A stretch of DNA of 64,000 nt from an uncultured Prolixibacteraceae bacterium (GTDB lineage Bacteria > Bacteroidota > Bacteroidia > Bacteroidales > FEN-979), in assembly GCA_964642545.1 (NCBI GenBank), contig CAZXQU010000001.1, forward strand, positions 111,797 to 175,796, given 5' to 3'. The notes below the pieces were generated by a model. It was given only the letters and a program-made list of their open reading frames with translations. It searched no databases and was not told the DNA's origin. The translations under genes were made by a program, and so were the position numbers. Positions 43,901-54,570 of the stretch are shown one piece after another (position 1 is the stretch's first letter; the number at the start of each line of letters is the position of its first letter).

Positions 43901-44695
43901 ATGAATCAACCTCTAGCATACGTACACCCGCAAGCCAGACTGGCCCCGAATGTAGTGATCGAACCCTTTGTGACGATTGATAAAAACGTTGAAATCGCAG
44001 AAGGCACCTGGATCGGCTCAAACGTTACCATCATGGAGGGAGCCCGGATCGGTAAAAATTGCAGAATCTTTCCTGGAGCTGTGATCTCCGCTATCCCACA
44101 GGATCTGAAATATGCCGGTGAGGAGACCACCGTTAAAATCGGCGATAACGTCACGATCCGTGAATATGTAACTGTTAACCGCGGTACCAAAGCCAACAAC
44201 GAAACCGTAATCGGCAACAATACCTTACTGATGGCATACGTACATATTGCTCACGACTGTATTATAGGAAACAACGTTATTTTAGGGAATGCGACGAACC
44301 TGGCTGGCCATATTCAGATCGATGACTGGGCGATTATCGGCGGGATGGTTGCTGTACATCAATTCTCGCATATCGGCGTTCATACCATGATCTCGGGCGG
44401 GAGCCTCGTTCGTAAAGATGTTCCGCCATTCACCAAGGCAGCCAGGGAACCAATCTCTTACGTTGGTGTCAACTCTATCGGGCTTCGCCGTCGCGGTTTC
44501 ACTGCCGAACAGATCAACCAGATCCAGGATATCTACCGAACGATTTACCTGAGAGGATATAACGTTTCGCGGGCTGTGGAGATGATCGAAGCAGATGTGC
44601 CGGCGACACCGGAACGGGATGAGATCCTCAGTTTCATTGCCAATTCAAGCCGAGGCATCATGAAGGGATTTGGAAAAAATAACCGAGAGAAATAA
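43901..44695 (+). CDS. lpxA: Acyl-ACP--UDP-N-acetylglucosamine O-acyltransferase
   Basis: 264 aa with hexapeptide repeats and a C-terminal helical domain (GLRRRGF). Confidence 0.9.
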   Translation: MNQPLAYVHPQARLAPNVVIEPFVTIDKNVEIAEGTWIGSNVTIMEGARIGKNCRIFPGAVISAIPQDLKYAGEETTVKIGDNVTIREYVTVNRGTKANNETVIGNNTLLMAYVHIAHDCIIGNNVILGNATNLAGHIQIDDWAIIGGMVAVHQFSHIGVHTMISGGSLVRKDVPPFTKAAREPISYVGVNSIGLRRRGFTAEQINQIQDIYRTIYLRGYNVSRAVEMIEADVPATPERDEILSFIANSSRGIMKGFGKNNREK

Positions 44696-44707
44696 GCTAT
44701 TTCCTGT

Positions 44708-45328
44708 ATGACGATCACCCTCAACGGGATAGGTAAAAAGTTCAATACTGAGTGGATCTTCAGGAACCTCACCAGCCAGTTTGAAGCAGGAGAGCGAACT
44801 GTTATTACAGGCCGTAACGGATCGGGAAAGTCAACCCTGTTACAGGTTATCGCCGGGAACATTCACCCCACTCAGGGAAGTATTGAATACAAACTAAACG
44901 GAAAGGTAATCCCCGACACAGAGATATTTCGACACCTTGCTCTTGTTGCCCCCTACCAAGAGCTGATCGAAGAGTTCACCCTGAAAGAGATGCTGGAGTT
45001 CCACTTTTCATTCAAACCGCTGGTCGAAGGCTTTACAATCCCGAAAATCATCGATCTCCTCTCCTTCTCTCAGGTAAAGACCAAACCTATCCTAAAATAC
45101 TCTTCCGGCATGAAGCAACGGGTAAAACTTGTTTGCGCCCTGCTGAGTGATACTCCCTTGCTCTTCCTGGATGAGCCAACAACCAACCTCGACAAAGCCG
45201 GGATTGACTTCTACCTTCAGCTGGTCGACGACCACGCTAAAAGCCGTACCATCCTCGTTTGCTCAAATATGCAGTTGGTTGAGAGTAGATTTTGTGAAAG
45301 GGAGATCCGGATTGAAGACTACAAGTAG
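44708..45328 (+). CDS. ABC transporter ATP-binding protein
   Basis: It has Walker A GRNGSGKST, the signature SSGMKQR and Walker B LLFLDEP. Confidence 0.8.
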   Translation: MTITLNGIGKKFNTEWIFRNLTSQFEAGERTVITGRNGSGKSTLLQVIAGNIHPTQGSIEYKLNGKVIPDTEIFRHLALVAPYQELIEEFTLKEMLEFHFSFKPLVEGFTIPKIIDLLSFSQVKTKPILKYSSGMKQRVKLVCALLSDTPLLFLDEPTTNLDKAGIDFYLQLVDDHAKSRTILVCSNMQLVESRFCEREIRIEDYK

Positions 45329-45412
45329 CGAAATCAGTGGGCAGTGGGCAGTGAACAGTGGGCAGTGGAGAAGAATATCTCGAATTACGTCTCACGTCTT
45401 ACGTCTCACTCC
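45329..45412. repeat. Heptamer array (12 units, 84 nt) filling the spacer between convergent stop codons
   Basis: The units are CGAAATC AGTGGGC AGTGGGC AGTGAAC AGTGGGC AGTGGAG AAGAATA TCTCGAA TTACGTC TCACGTC TTACGTC TCACTCC. It starts at the base after the TAG at 45326-45328. The last unit carries the lpxD-paralogue stop (rc of 45406-45408). Confidence 0.85.
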
Positions 45413-46323
45413 TCCCCAATAAGTCTCCTCAGTTTCGCCATCTCTTTCCACTTTTTACGGGCTTCACCAACAGGGACACCCCAGTATGTTTTTCCACCTT
45501 CGATGGATTTGTCGATGCCCGACATGGCGTAAACGATTGCACCTTTGCCAATTACTAGGTCTTTGTTGACTGAGACACGTGCCCAGAGGATGACATCGTC
45601 TTCAATTCGGGTGACACCGGCAATGGCACAATGGGAACCTATCAAACAGTTACGGCCAACAAACGTGTCGTGGCCGATCTGCACATGATTGTCAATTTTG
45701 GTGCCGGCAGAGATGATTGTATCCCCTGAAACACCCTTGTCGATAGAGGTAAGGGCTCCTATTTCAACCCTCTCTTCCAGCACAGTCCTGCCACACGATT
45801 CCAACTTTTTCCAACCATCGGGACGACGTTGAAAATAGTAGGCATCGGCACCGATCACAGCACCTGAGTGGATGATCACCTGATCGCCAATTACCGAATA
45901 GTCGTAGATGCTTGCATTGGCATGGATCAGGCAATTTTTGCCAATGACGACATGGTTTCCAATAAATGCACCAGGCTGGATCACAGTTCCTTCACCAATA
46001 GTAGCCGAGGGACTTACCATGACTGCTGCAAATTCGAACGGGCGAAACCGGACTGCTAGCGAAACATAGTCGTCGAATGGCCGTTCGGAGATGATTAATG
46101 CTTTCCCAGCAGGGCAATCAACCTCCTTGTTGATGAGGATCGTTGTTGCTTTTGAGTTGAGTGCTTTGGAGTAGTATTTGGGATGATCGACGAAGGTTAG
46201 ATCGCCCTCTTCAACCATATGGATCTCATTGATCCCTGTAACCTGATGAGCAGAATCCCCGATAAACCGGGCACCGAGGGAACTGGCGAGCTCTTTAACT
46301 GTGAGGGGTTGGGGGAATTTCAT
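45406..46323 (-). CDS. lpxD: Second, shorter LpxD-like UDP-3-O-acylglucosamine N-acyltransferase
   Basis: 305 aa. The N-terminus is LTVKELASSLGARFIGD. It has hexapeptide beta-helix repeats. It is convergent with the lpxD-lpxC/fabZ-lpxA-ABC operon. Confidence 0.7.
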   Translation of the reverse strand: MKFPQPLTVKELASSLGARFIGDSAHQVTGINEIHMVEEGDLTFVDHPKYYSKALNSKATTILINKEVDCPAGKALIISERPFDDYVSLAVRFRPFEFAAVMVSPSATIGEGTVIQPGAFIGNHVVIGKNCLIHANASIYDYSVIGDQVIIHSGAVIGADAYYFQRRPDGWKKLESCGRTVLEERVEIGALTSIDKGVSGDTIISAGTKIDNHVQIGHDTFVGRNCLIGSHCAIAGVTRIEDDVILWARVSVNKDLVIGKGAIVYAMSGIDKSIEGGKTYWGVPVGEARKKWKEMAKLRRLIGEE

Positions 46324-46325
46324 AA

Positions 46326-46892
46326 TTAACTTTTAACTCTCTCCCCGTACTCTCCCGTCCTTGTATCGATCCGTATGACCTCACCGGTTTCGATAAAGAG
46401 AGGTACTTTAACGATTGCGCCCGTCTCCATGGTAGCTTCTTTCAGGGCATTGGTAGCAGTATTACCCCGAAAACCAGGTTCGGTATAGGTAATGGCAAGT
46501 TCAACGTAGGCAGGGAGATCACAACTGAGAGGTGTCTCCGTATCGGCATGAAAAACAATCTCCACCTCCTGTCCCTCTTTCAGGAATTGAGGAGCACTGA
46601 TAATCCCTTCTGGAATAGGGGTCTGCTCGAAGGTCTCTGTATGCATGAAATGATACCCTGTATCATCTTTATAAAGGTACTGATGAGGTCGGCGTTCAAC
46701 CCGGGCGATATCAATTTTTTCGCCGGAGTTGAAGGTGTTTGGAATCACCCGGCCGGTGCGCAGGCTCTTCAGTTTTGTACGAACGAAAGCTCCGCCTTTA
46801 CCAGGTTTCACATGCTGAAATTCAATGATTGAAAAGAGATCGTTGTTAAAATCTATTACCAATCCATTTCGGATATCTGAGGTTGTTGCCAT
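46326..46892 (-). CDS. efp: Elongation factor P
   Basis: 188 aa with MATTSDIRNGLVIDFNNDLFSIIEFQHVKPGKGGAFVRTKLKSL. Confidence 0.95.
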   Translation of the reverse strand: MATTSDIRNGLVIDFNNDLFSIIEFQHVKPGKGGAFVRTKLKSLRTGRVIPNTFNSGEKIDIARVERRPHQYLYKDDTGYHFMHTETFEQTPIPEGIISAPQFLKEGQEVEIVFHADTETPLSCDLPAYVELAITYTEPGFRGNTATNALKEATMETGAIVKVPLFIETGEVIRIDTRTGEYGERVKS

Positions 46893-46963
46893 AACTTAAA
46901 TTAATCGTAACTGGTTCTTAAAAGGGGTGCAAAGTTAAAGGAAAATATCGAGGGAAAAAAGTA

Positions 46964-46998
46964 CTGCCTACTGCCCACTGCCAACTGAAGACTGCTCC
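46964..46998. repeat. Heptamer array encoding the C-terminal tail and stop of the O-antigen-ligase-like gene
   Basis: The plus strand reads CTGCCTA CTGCCCA CTGCCAA CTGAAGA CTGCTCC. In the gene sense this is the CAGTGGG family, encoding EEQSSVGSGQ and the stop. Confidence 0.65.
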
Positions 46999-48497
46999 TC
47001 TGCTTTGTTCTGGTACATGTCTAATGCGACAAGCATGGCAATAAATGCCCACACAGGGACAGAAGCTTTATCAGTATCGAGGAAGTTGTTGAGGGTTCCA
47101 TGGAGGAAGTAGGTTATTAATCCGAGAAGTACGGTGAGGCTTATAAGTTTCGTTTCAGGGGTTGTCGCCTGTTTATGGACTTTGATTCCATATACGACTA
47201 CCATGATGACCAGGATTAACATAATTAGCATACCAGGCAACCCCTCCTCTGAGAGAGGGCCAATGAATTCACTATGTGCATTCCCCCTGTCGCCGGCGTT
47301 GGTACTGATCAACGTCTTCTCTTTGGAGAGCTGAAATGGGGCGTATTCAAACTGATATGTACCTGGGCCAAAACCGAAAACCGGTCTTTCGCTAAACATC
47401 CTGAAAGCCGATTGCCACCTGTTGATTCGTTCAAGGTTGGAGTCGTCTGTAGAAATGTTGGACATGGACTGTACATGTTCGGTAAAGTCGCCGGAGGTTC
47501 CCTGTTTATTTCGTTCCAGACCATCCCAAATCTGCTGCTGAAACATAAAAAAGAAAATAAGCAATCCACCTGTGATCACAGCGATCCATTTGAACTTAAT
47601 CCTGAAAAGGATCACGAAATAAACCATCAGCGTAGCTACAATGCTGATCCAGGCAGCCCGGCAGAAGGAGAGATAAAGAGCTGCCAACAGAATTACCATG
47701 ACAATGAAAGCAAAAAAGCGTGTGGTTTTTCCATAAACCCTGCTAAAGGTAAAACCAACAAAGACAGGCAGGAATAGGGCCAATATCGCACCATATGCAG
47801 TATGGTCATTGTAGAACGGTTCCATCACCCAGTGCCCGGCCTCCTCTTCGAAGCCAAAGGATGAATGATGTATGACCGTATAAAAGATCACCCCCATCAG
47901 AGGAATAGCATAGAGCCAGATAAAAAGGCGGATGTTAAGTGTCTTTCGGAAAAGAAGGATGCCGAGGAAATAAAAAGGAATCACAAACCATAACCTGGCC
48001 AGCAGGTATTTGAATGATACCAGGGGGATTTGGCTGGTTAAGCTGGTGATAAACATCCAGGTAAGTGAAACAATAACAATGATGCTTACCGGATGAGTCC
48101 AAATCTTTTTGTCGAAATCATTTTTATAAAACAGTTTCAGGATAAAGATCAGGACCACTCCAAAAAGTAACGGTTCGGTAGGAACTGAGATCCCTGCCCC
48201 TAACTCATACTGCACCATGTTCACAGCAATCGGCGTAGTAAAGGCGATCAGTAAAAGAATCCAGTCAAGTCTTGTGAAATAAAAGTAGAGAAGCACCAAT
48301 AAAACAGGGATGGCCAGTGAATAATAAATATCCTTATACACCATGTAGGCATTAAGCAAGATATAGGCCAGGCTGATGATGTATACCCACACCACTTTAT
48401 ATCTCTCCATCAGTCCGGAGATTCCCGTTCCTGAAAGGATGTTAGGCATGTTTCGGTGGAAACTGTTTTGAAAATCTGGATCGTTCAATAAGTCCAA
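46968..48497 (-). CDS. O-antigen ligase / Wzy-like polymerase family membrane protein
   Basis: It has about 12 TM segments and a Wzy_C-like loop (SFCRAAWISI...GFGPGTYQFEY). The true start is probably an internal Met (MPNIL or MERYK), because the track ORF overlaps the upstream gene by 56 nt. Confidence 0.7.
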   Translation of the reverse strand: MDLLNDPDFQNSFHRNMPNILSGTGISGLMERYKVVWVYIISLAYILLNAYMVYKDIYYSLAIPVLLVLLYFYFTRLDWILLLIAFTTPIAVNMVQYELGAGISVPTEPLLFGVVLIFILKLFYKNDFDKKIWTHPVSIIVIVSLTWMFITSLTSQIPLVSFKYLLARLWFVIPFYFLGILLFRKTLNIRLFIWLYAIPLMGVIFYTVIHHSSFGFEEEAGHWVMEPFYNDHTAYGAILALFLPVFVGFTFSRVYGKTTRFFAFIVMVILLAALYLSFCRAAWISIVATLMVYFVILFRIKFKWIAVITGGLLIFFFMFQQQIWDGLERNKQGTSGDFTEHVQSMSNISTDDSNLERINRWQSAFRMFSERPVFGFGPGTYQFEYAPFQLSKEKTLISTNAGDRGNAHSEFIGPLSEEGLPGMLIMLILVIMVVVYGIKVHKQATTPETKLISLTVLLGLITYFLHGTLNNFLDTDKASVPVWAFIAMLVALDMYQNKAEEQSSVGSGQ

Positions 48498-49404
48498 TCA
48501 CAATGAGAGCCAGTGCGAACATTGCCAACATGGAGCCAACCACGATGAGCCAACGGATTGGAGAAGCTTTCTTATCAGAAACATACGGTTTGGTGAGAAT
48601 GTTCATGTGGGTGTATTCACGGTTATAATTGAGCAAGGCCCTGTCATAGTCAAGTTTGAAGAAGGCAAACTCTTCCGTTTCTGCAACCAGCATCTCCTGG
48701 ATGAGCAGCATCTCCGGTCCTTTTTCTTCAATATTTTTTTTGTATTTAATCGCTTCATTGTAACGTCCGGCCTGGGTTCCGGTACCCAGCAGGGCACGCA
48801 TCACCTCACGGGTTTGTGCCTGGTACTCCATCAATCCGAATTTTGTTCCCAACTCTTCAGCGCGTTGCCGCAATGAGTCGATTTTCAGCTTTTTTTCATT
48901 GACAACAATCTCGTAGTTAATCAATACCTCATAAAATTTATCCTTATGCATTTTCCTCACTTTCATGTTGTAGAAGTCAAGGATGGCGTTAACCATATCA
49001 CAGGCCATCCGGGGATCAGGATCGAGCACCTCGATATTCACAGCCTCGTTGGGAGTTTTACTGATCTTCACCCGTTGGATATAGATCCAATAGAGAGTGC
49101 TGAGGAAATGGGTATAGTTAGAGTCGACCTTCCAATGTGCAGCAAGGTCAAATTTTCCAATCACGCTATCTCGGATATCTCCGGAGCTGAGGATCTCAAT
49201 CATCTGTTCAGTCTCGTTCTCATCTGAATATGGCGCTATGTTGGAAGGATAAACCACAGCGTAGGATTTATAGAGTGGAGTAATCACCATAGGGCCCGAG
49301 AAGATAATCGAAATGACGAGAGCAAGGACTACGATGACCGCCAGGTGAATCTTCCACCGGAATAGGATATCAACGATATTCTTGCTGTTGAAAAAGGGTT
49401 CCAT
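48442..49404 (-). CDS. Polysaccharide chain-length-determinant (Wzz-like) protein
   Basis: 320 aa with N- and C-terminal TM helices flanking a coiled, charged periplasmic region. It is a paralogue of the next gene. Confidence 0.55.
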   Translation of the reverse strand: MEPFFNSKNIVDILFRWKIHLAVIVVLALVISIIFSGPMVITPLYKSYAVVYPSNIAPYSDENETEQMIEILSSGDIRDSVIGKFDLAAHWKVDSNYTHFLSTLYWIYIQRVKISKTPNEAVNIEVLDPDPRMACDMVNAILDFYNMKVRKMHKDKFYEVLINYEIVVNEKKLKIDSLRQRAEELGTKFGLMEYQAQTREVMRALLGTGTQAGRYNEAIKYKKNIEEKGPEMLLIQEMLVAETEEFAFFKLDYDRALLNYNREYTHMNILTKPYVSDKKASPIRWLIVVGSMLAMFALALIVIGLIERSRFSKQFPPKHA

Positions 49405-49439
49405 ATATATTTCTTTTGAGTTTACTAAAATTGGTTTGG

Positions 49440-50486
49440 TTACGACTGTCCTAACTGAAATTTCTTCTGGGCGTTAGCGGCAGAGATCTTCTCAACAACC
49501 ATGATAATGATGATTGTTAAAAATAGTGAGGAGATGATAGAAACAAGCATAATGAGCCAACGGATCGGATAGGACTTTCTTTCCGCTTTGTAGGCATCAC
49601 TTACGATAAATTTTTGAGGGATATTCTCCTGGGCATCAACTTTTGCCTCTTTTAATCTTGATTGAAGGAGGGTAAGCTGTTCGGTTTTGAACTCCAGGGA
49701 ATTCTTCAACGACATGTAAATGCCTCCATATTTCCCTAGTACATCTAATCGTTTCTGAAGAGCTTTTTGTGCCTCAACGTTGCCGTTCATAATGGCGATA
49801 GCCATCTGCTGGTTCATAACCTGAGATTGGTACTCTACATCATTCACCCCCAGTTTACCCAAGGTAACAATGGAATCAACAACGACATAAATCTCGCTTT
49901 GAAGATTGTTATATTCTTCCTCCACGATTGATAACCCCTGGATGGCCCGAAGGTGCTGCATATCGTTTTTTGTAGAGTCAAGCAAAGCTGCAATGGTGTT
50001 GGCAATGTCAGCAGCCAACTGTGGGTCGGTATCGTAGACTGTGATCTGAACGGCCATAAACGGTGTCCTGCGAAAACTAATATTCCGGTCATACTCATCA
50101 AAGAGCCTGGAATATTTATATTTTGTAGCAGAGTCAATCCCGTAATGGTCCATCAAGTTGAACTTCAAAATCACACGGTCGCGAATTTTGTTGGAATTGA
50201 GAATCTGCATCAGTTGTTCGGCCTGCTCATCCTCACCAAACGACATCAGGTCTTCACCTTTCTGATTGTTCTCAGTCAACAGCGCTTTGGATACCGAATT
50301 GGTACTCGCCGGAAACATGATGACAGTTGACCTAAACTTTGGTGTAATAAACCAGGGCAGGGAGAAAAACCAGGAACCGGCGAACGCCACAATCATTACG
50401 ATGAAGAGGGGTTTACGCCATTTATAAAGAAAGATCACGATGTTGGAAGAGTCGAAATCTTCCCTTCTTATAGGGTCATGGATCAT
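49440..50486 (-). CDS. Polysaccharide chain-length-determinant (Wzz-like) protein
   Basis: 348 aa with the same topology and shared motifs (SYPIRWLIM vs SPIRWLIV near the C-terminal TM helix). Confidence 0.55.
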   Translation of the reverse strand: MIHDPIRREDFDSSNIVIFLYKWRKPLFIVMIVAFAGSWFFSLPWFITPKFRSTVIMFPASTNSVSKALLTENNQKGEDLMSFGEDEQAEQLMQILNSNKIRDRVILKFNLMDHYGIDSATKYKYSRLFDEYDRNISFRRTPFMAVQITVYDTDPQLAADIANTIAALLDSTKNDMQHLRAIQGLSIVEEEYNNLQSEIYVVVDSIVTLGKLGVNDVEYQSQVMNQQMAIAIMNGNVEAQKALQKRLDVLGKYGGIYMSLKNSLEFKTEQLTLLQSRLKEAKVDAQENIPQKFIVSDAYKAERKSYPIRWLIMLVSIISSLFLTIIIIMVVEKISAANAQKKFQLGQS

Positions 50487-50566
50487 AGCAAGTTGATCAA
50501 AATTTTGCCAAAGGTAGAGAATTTTGGGAAATGAACAAGAGGAGTTGCCATATTTGATATTCCCAA

Positions 50567-52045
50567 TTAGCTGTCTCTGCGGAGGATGCCAATGAGTGCC
50601 CGGAAGTGAAGAAGCCGAAGAATGACAGCAAGGAATAAGGAGATGATGAGCGCCAGTGTAAAGTTAGAAATCCAGGCCAGATTTGCCGGGAGTCCGGGAA
50701 TGGTGATCGTAATCTGGCGTGAAAGCCAGGTGAAGAGAATCACTCCACAAACGAAGAAGAAGAGGGTTAAAAGGAAACGGTAATTTACCTTGAATTTAAA
50801 GATCCGTTGAACCAGAATAACCTGTGCAAAAGCAGCAAAAATCTGTGTTGAGAGACTGGATATCGCACTTCCATAAGCCATAAGTCGAGGGATCAACAGG
50901 ATGTTTACGGCAAGGTTAATTATCAGGCTAATGGCAGCGATGATATTCAACTCTTTTAGGTTCCCGTTTGCGGTAAGGAGGGTTCCGAAAATGTATGTAG
51001 TAGAAATTGCTATAAATCCCAGCATCAAGAGCTGGAATACTGGTGCCGATTGAGTGGTGTCGGAGTCATAAAGCAGATTCATCATCTCGCTGCTATAAAA
51101 GAATGATAATACGGCAACAATAGTCGCCACGGTGATGATCAGGGTATAGGATAGCTTCAGCATCTCTTCCACCGACTCTTTGAGCTTGATCATCCTGGAG
51201 AAGATTGGAATCAGGAGTACAGCAAAGAGAAACGAGATCATCGTAGCAGCATCCAGCAGCCTGAAACCATGGGCATAAATACCAGCTTGTTCACTCCCCA
51301 GTGTTTTGCCAAGAATCTTCCCAAGCATGACCGGATCAAGACGGTTGTACAATGTCATCAGGAGAACCATCAACGCAAACGGCATGCTTTTCTTGATAAT
51401 CATCAGAAAGAAGGGCCAATGCCAATTCAATTTCTGGAACTTCGATTTTCGAATAACGATAAACAGCGCAATAAGGGCAGTAAAAAAATAAGCGGCCGTT
51501 TGGCTGTAAACGAACCATTCGATGCGGAAAGGTATATCTGTAAGTTGCCCCCAAAGCAACACGCTGCAAAAGAGAATCATGAGCAGTCGATCTAGAATAG
51601 AAAGCAGACTGTCTGTTTTAAAAAGCAAAAGTCCAGAGATATTTGACCGAAGGTAGAGGATGAACGAGGAGAGAAACTGATTGAATGCCAGAAAAGCAAG
51701 CAAGAAAAGCTGATCGCCGGAGTATCCCATGATAAAAACCGCGATCACATAGGTGATAAGGATGTAAAGAATTCCCAGCAGGAATTTCAGCACCAGGATG
51801 CCTGAAAAGTGTTTATTCAGCAGGTGGTTGTGCTGGGCAATGTTTCTGTTGTTGAAGTTGGTGATTCCCAGATCCAGCAGAATATTGAAAAGAAAAGAGA
51901 AGTTGAAGATCACAAAATAGAAGCCATAATCCTCCACGCCTACAGTATTCTGAACGGTTCTGTCGATCCCAAAAATCCAGAAAGGCTTCACGAGAAGGTT
52001 CAAAAAAAGAAGCAGTCCCAGATTTGTCAGAAATTTACGTTGCAT
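50567..52045 (-). CDS. Oligosaccharide flippase (Wzx / MOP superfamily)
   Basis: 492 aa with about 12-14 TM helices and a typical polysaccharide-biosynthesis flippase layout. Confidence 0.75.
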   Translation of the reverse strand: MQRKFLTNLGLLLFLNLLVKPFWIFGIDRTVQNTVGVEDYGFYFVIFNFSFLFNILLDLGITNFNNRNIAQHNHLLNKHFSGILVLKFLLGILYILITYVIAVFIMGYSGDQLFLLAFLAFNQFLSSFILYLRSNISGLLLFKTDSLLSILDRLLMILFCSVLLWGQLTDIPFRIEWFVYSQTAAYFFTALIALFIVIRKSKFQKLNWHWPFFLMIIKKSMPFALMVLLMTLYNRLDPVMLGKILGKTLGSEQAGIYAHGFRLLDAATMISFLFAVLLIPIFSRMIKLKESVEEMLKLSYTLIITVATIVAVLSFFYSSEMMNLLYDSDTTQSAPVFQLLMLGFIAISTTYIFGTLLTANGNLKELNIIAAISLIINLAVNILLIPRLMAYGSAISSLSTQIFAAFAQVILVQRIFKFKVNYRFLLTLFFFVCGVILFTWLSRQITITIPGLPANLAWISNFTLALIISLFLAVILRLLHFRALIGILRRDS

Positions 52046-52157
52046 GGATTTTATGAAAAATCCCTTGAAGAAGGGGAAAGGGTTTCTTTTTCAAAAAAAT
52101 AGTGTGATATTTGCTACAAAGTTAAGAATTTTCTGAACCAAGAAACGTACTATCCTG

Positions 52158-53288
52158 ATGAATATTGCGGTTAACACCCGACTGCTGCTGAAAGACAAAC
52201 TCGAAGGGATCGGGTGGTTTACTTATGAATCGTTGAAACGAATCACCACACAACATCCCGAGCACCATTTTTATTTTATCTTTGACCGGCCCTTTTCAGG
52301 TGATTTTATCTTCTCTGACAACATCACACCCTTGGTCCAGTACCCACCGGCACGCCATCCATTTCTCTATTATGCCTGGTTCGAATACAGCCTTCCATCT
52401 CTTCTCAACCGTTTGAAGCCCGACCTGTTTCTATCCCCCGACGGTTTTCTTTCCCTTCGCTATAAAGGAAAGTCGATGAATGTGATCCACGATCTCAATT
52501 TCGAACATTACCCCGAAGATCTTCCATTTCTTACACGTAGATACTATCGGCATTACTTTCCAAAATATGCACAGAAGGCAGTACGGATAGCAACCGTTTC
52601 AGAATACTCTCGCCAGGATATTGTCAAGCAATACCATGTGAGCGAAGACAAAATCGACATCGTCTACGACGGAGCCAATGAGATCTACAAACCGCTTACT
52701 GAAGAGGAGAAGGTGATGACCAGGCAGTTCTATTCTGATGGCAAGCCATTTTTTCTCTTCATCGGGTCACTTCACCCACGTAAAAATCTTTCCAACCTTT
52801 TCAGGGCATTCGACCTTTTCAAAAAGACCAATCCCTCAGACATACAGCTGCTGATCGTTGGCGCACGGAAGTGGTGGACTCCCGAGATCGACTCAGCATA
52901 CCAGCGGATGATCTATTCGAGGGATGTGGTTTTCACAGGCCGTCTCAATATCGAACACCTCCGGTATGTTCTGGGTGCTGCGACTGCACTCACCTATGTC
53001 TCCTATTTTGAGGGTTTTGGCATTCCCATTGTCGAAGCCTTCCGTTGTGGCACCCCCGTGATCACATCCGATGTCACCTCCATGCCTGAAGTTGCCGGTG
53101 ATGGCGCCCTTCTGGTCGACCCTTTTGATCCCGAAACCATCGCTATGGCGATGTATAAGATCTACCAGTACAAAACCATGCGTGAGGAACTTGTCCAAAG
53201 AGGCCATGCCCGTGAAGGGCTCTTTACATGGCAAAATACCACCGACCATCTATGGGAATCGATCCAAAAAGCATTGAAAACCAAATAA
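52158..53288 (+). CDS. Glycosyltransferase family 1/4
   Basis: 376 aa with [10 protein letters not shown] and a C-terminal [10 protein letters not shown] (E-x7-E-like) motif. Confidence 0.85.
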   Translation: MNIAVNTRLLLKDKLEGIGWFTYESLKRITTQHPEHHFYFIFDRPFSGDFIFSDNITPLVQYPPARHPFLYYAWFEYSLPSLLNRLKPDLFLSPDGFLSLRYKGKSMNVIHDLNFEHYPEDLPFLTRRYYRHYFPKYAQKAVRIATVSEYSRQDIVKQYHVSEDKIDIVYDGANEIYKPLTEEEKVMTRQFYSDGKPFFLFIGSLHPRKNLSNLFRAFDLFKKTNPSDIQLLIVGARKWWTPEIDSAYQRMIYSRDVVFTGRLNIEHLRYVLGAATALTYVSYFEGFGIPIVEAFRCGTPVITSDVTSMPEVAGDGALLVDPFDPETIAMAMYKIYQYKTMREELVQRGHAREGLFTWQNTTDHLWESIQKALKTK

Positions 53289-53292
53289 TTGC

Positions 53293-54564
53293 ATGAACAT
53301 TCTCCTATTAGGTTCGGGAGGGCGGGAGCATACCCTCGCCTGGAAACTTTCACAAAGCCCTCGATTGACAGCCCTCTTTATCGCCCCTGGTAATGCCGGG
53401 ACTGCCACCGTAGGAACCAACCTCCCCATCGCTGTCAACAACTTCCCCGCTATCAATGAAGCCTGTCAGCTTCACAAAATCGAAATGGTGATTGTTGGAC
53501 CGGAAGACCCCCTCGTTCACGGAATTCATGATTTTTTCCTCGCAAGCCCTTATCTCCGTAACATCCCGGTGATAGGTCCCACAAAGCAAGCAGCCATGCT
53601 GGAGGGAAGCAAAGATTTTGCGAAAGCATTCCTTAAGAAATACAACATCCCAACTGCTTGTTATGAGACCTTTGTGCCAGAGAGCCTTGATGCAGGAATC
53701 TCTTTTCTCCGGTCACTTAATCCCCCTTATGTTTTGAAAGCCGACGGACTCGCTGCGGGCAAAGGGGTGGTGATCTGCTCTTCGTTGGATGAGGCCATTG
53801 CAGAGCTAACATCAATGCTTTCGGATGCCAAATTCGGAGAAGCTTCAAGCAAAGTGGTGATTGAAGAATTCCTGGATGGGATAGAACTTTCGGCATTTGT
53901 GATTACCGATGGTCTTCATTACCGTATATTTCCCGAAGCCAAAGACTATAAAAAGATCGGTGTAGGAGATACTGGACCGAATACCGGAGGGATGGGATCG
54001 GTCTCTCCCGTTTCCTTTGCACAGGGGGAATTCCTTGAGAATGTGGAACGACTGGTAATACGCCCTACGCTGGAGGGGCTCAACACCGAAGGAATCTCTT
54101 ACCAGGGCTTCATTTTTTTCGGATTGATGAATGTTAAGGGCGTACCTTATGTAATTGAATACAACTGCCGCTTGGGAGATCCCGAAACCGAGTCGGTATT
54201 GCCTAGGATCCAGGGCGATTTCGTGGAACTCTGTCAGGCTGTGGCCAATGGCTCCCTTGATCAAGTTGTCATGGAACTGGATTCTCGGTTCACCGCCAGT
54301 GTGATGCTGGTTGCAGAAGGTTACCCGGGTGCTTATGAAAAAGGGAAAGAGATCACCGGCCTTGACCGTGTAAGCGGAAGTTTCGTGTTTCATGCCGGGA
54401 CCAAACACGCCGATGGACGGATTGTAACCAACGGCGGCCGGGTCCTTGCCGTCACATCTTTCGGAGAAACAATGGAAGAAGCATTGAAAAAATCTTACGA
54501 AAATGCTGAGAAAATCCATTATGAGGGAAAATATTACCGAAGGGATATTGGCTTTGATTTGTGA
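53293..54564 (+). CDS. purD: Phosphoribosylamine--glycine ligase
   Basis: 423 aa with [19 protein letters not shown] and ATP-grasp motifs ([20 protein letters not shown]). Confidence 0.95.
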   Translation: MNILLLGSGGREHTLAWKLSQSPRLTALFIAPGNAGTATVGTNLPIAVNNFPAINEACQLHKIEMVIVGPEDPLVHGIHDFFLASPYLRNIPVIGPTKQAAMLEGSKDFAKAFLKKYNIPTACYETFVPESLDAGISFLRSLNPPYVLKADGLAAGKGVVICSSLDEAIAELTSMLSDAKFGEASSKVVIEEFLDGIELSAFVITDGLHYRIFPEAKDYKKIGVGDTGPNTGGMGSVSPVSFAQGEFLENVERLVIRPTLEGLNTEGISYQGFIFFGLMNVKGVPYVIEYNCRLGDPETESVLPRIQGDFVELCQAVANGSLDQVVMELDSRFTASVMLVAEGYPGAYEKGKEITGLDRVSGSFVFHAGTKHADGRIVTNGGRVLAVTSFGETMEEALKKSYENAEKIHYEGKYYRRDIGFDL

Positions 54565-54570
54565 AAAATA

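Noticed and set aside
53845-54519. 224-aa minus-strand ORF
   Set aside because: It is antisense within purD and is a shadow ORF.
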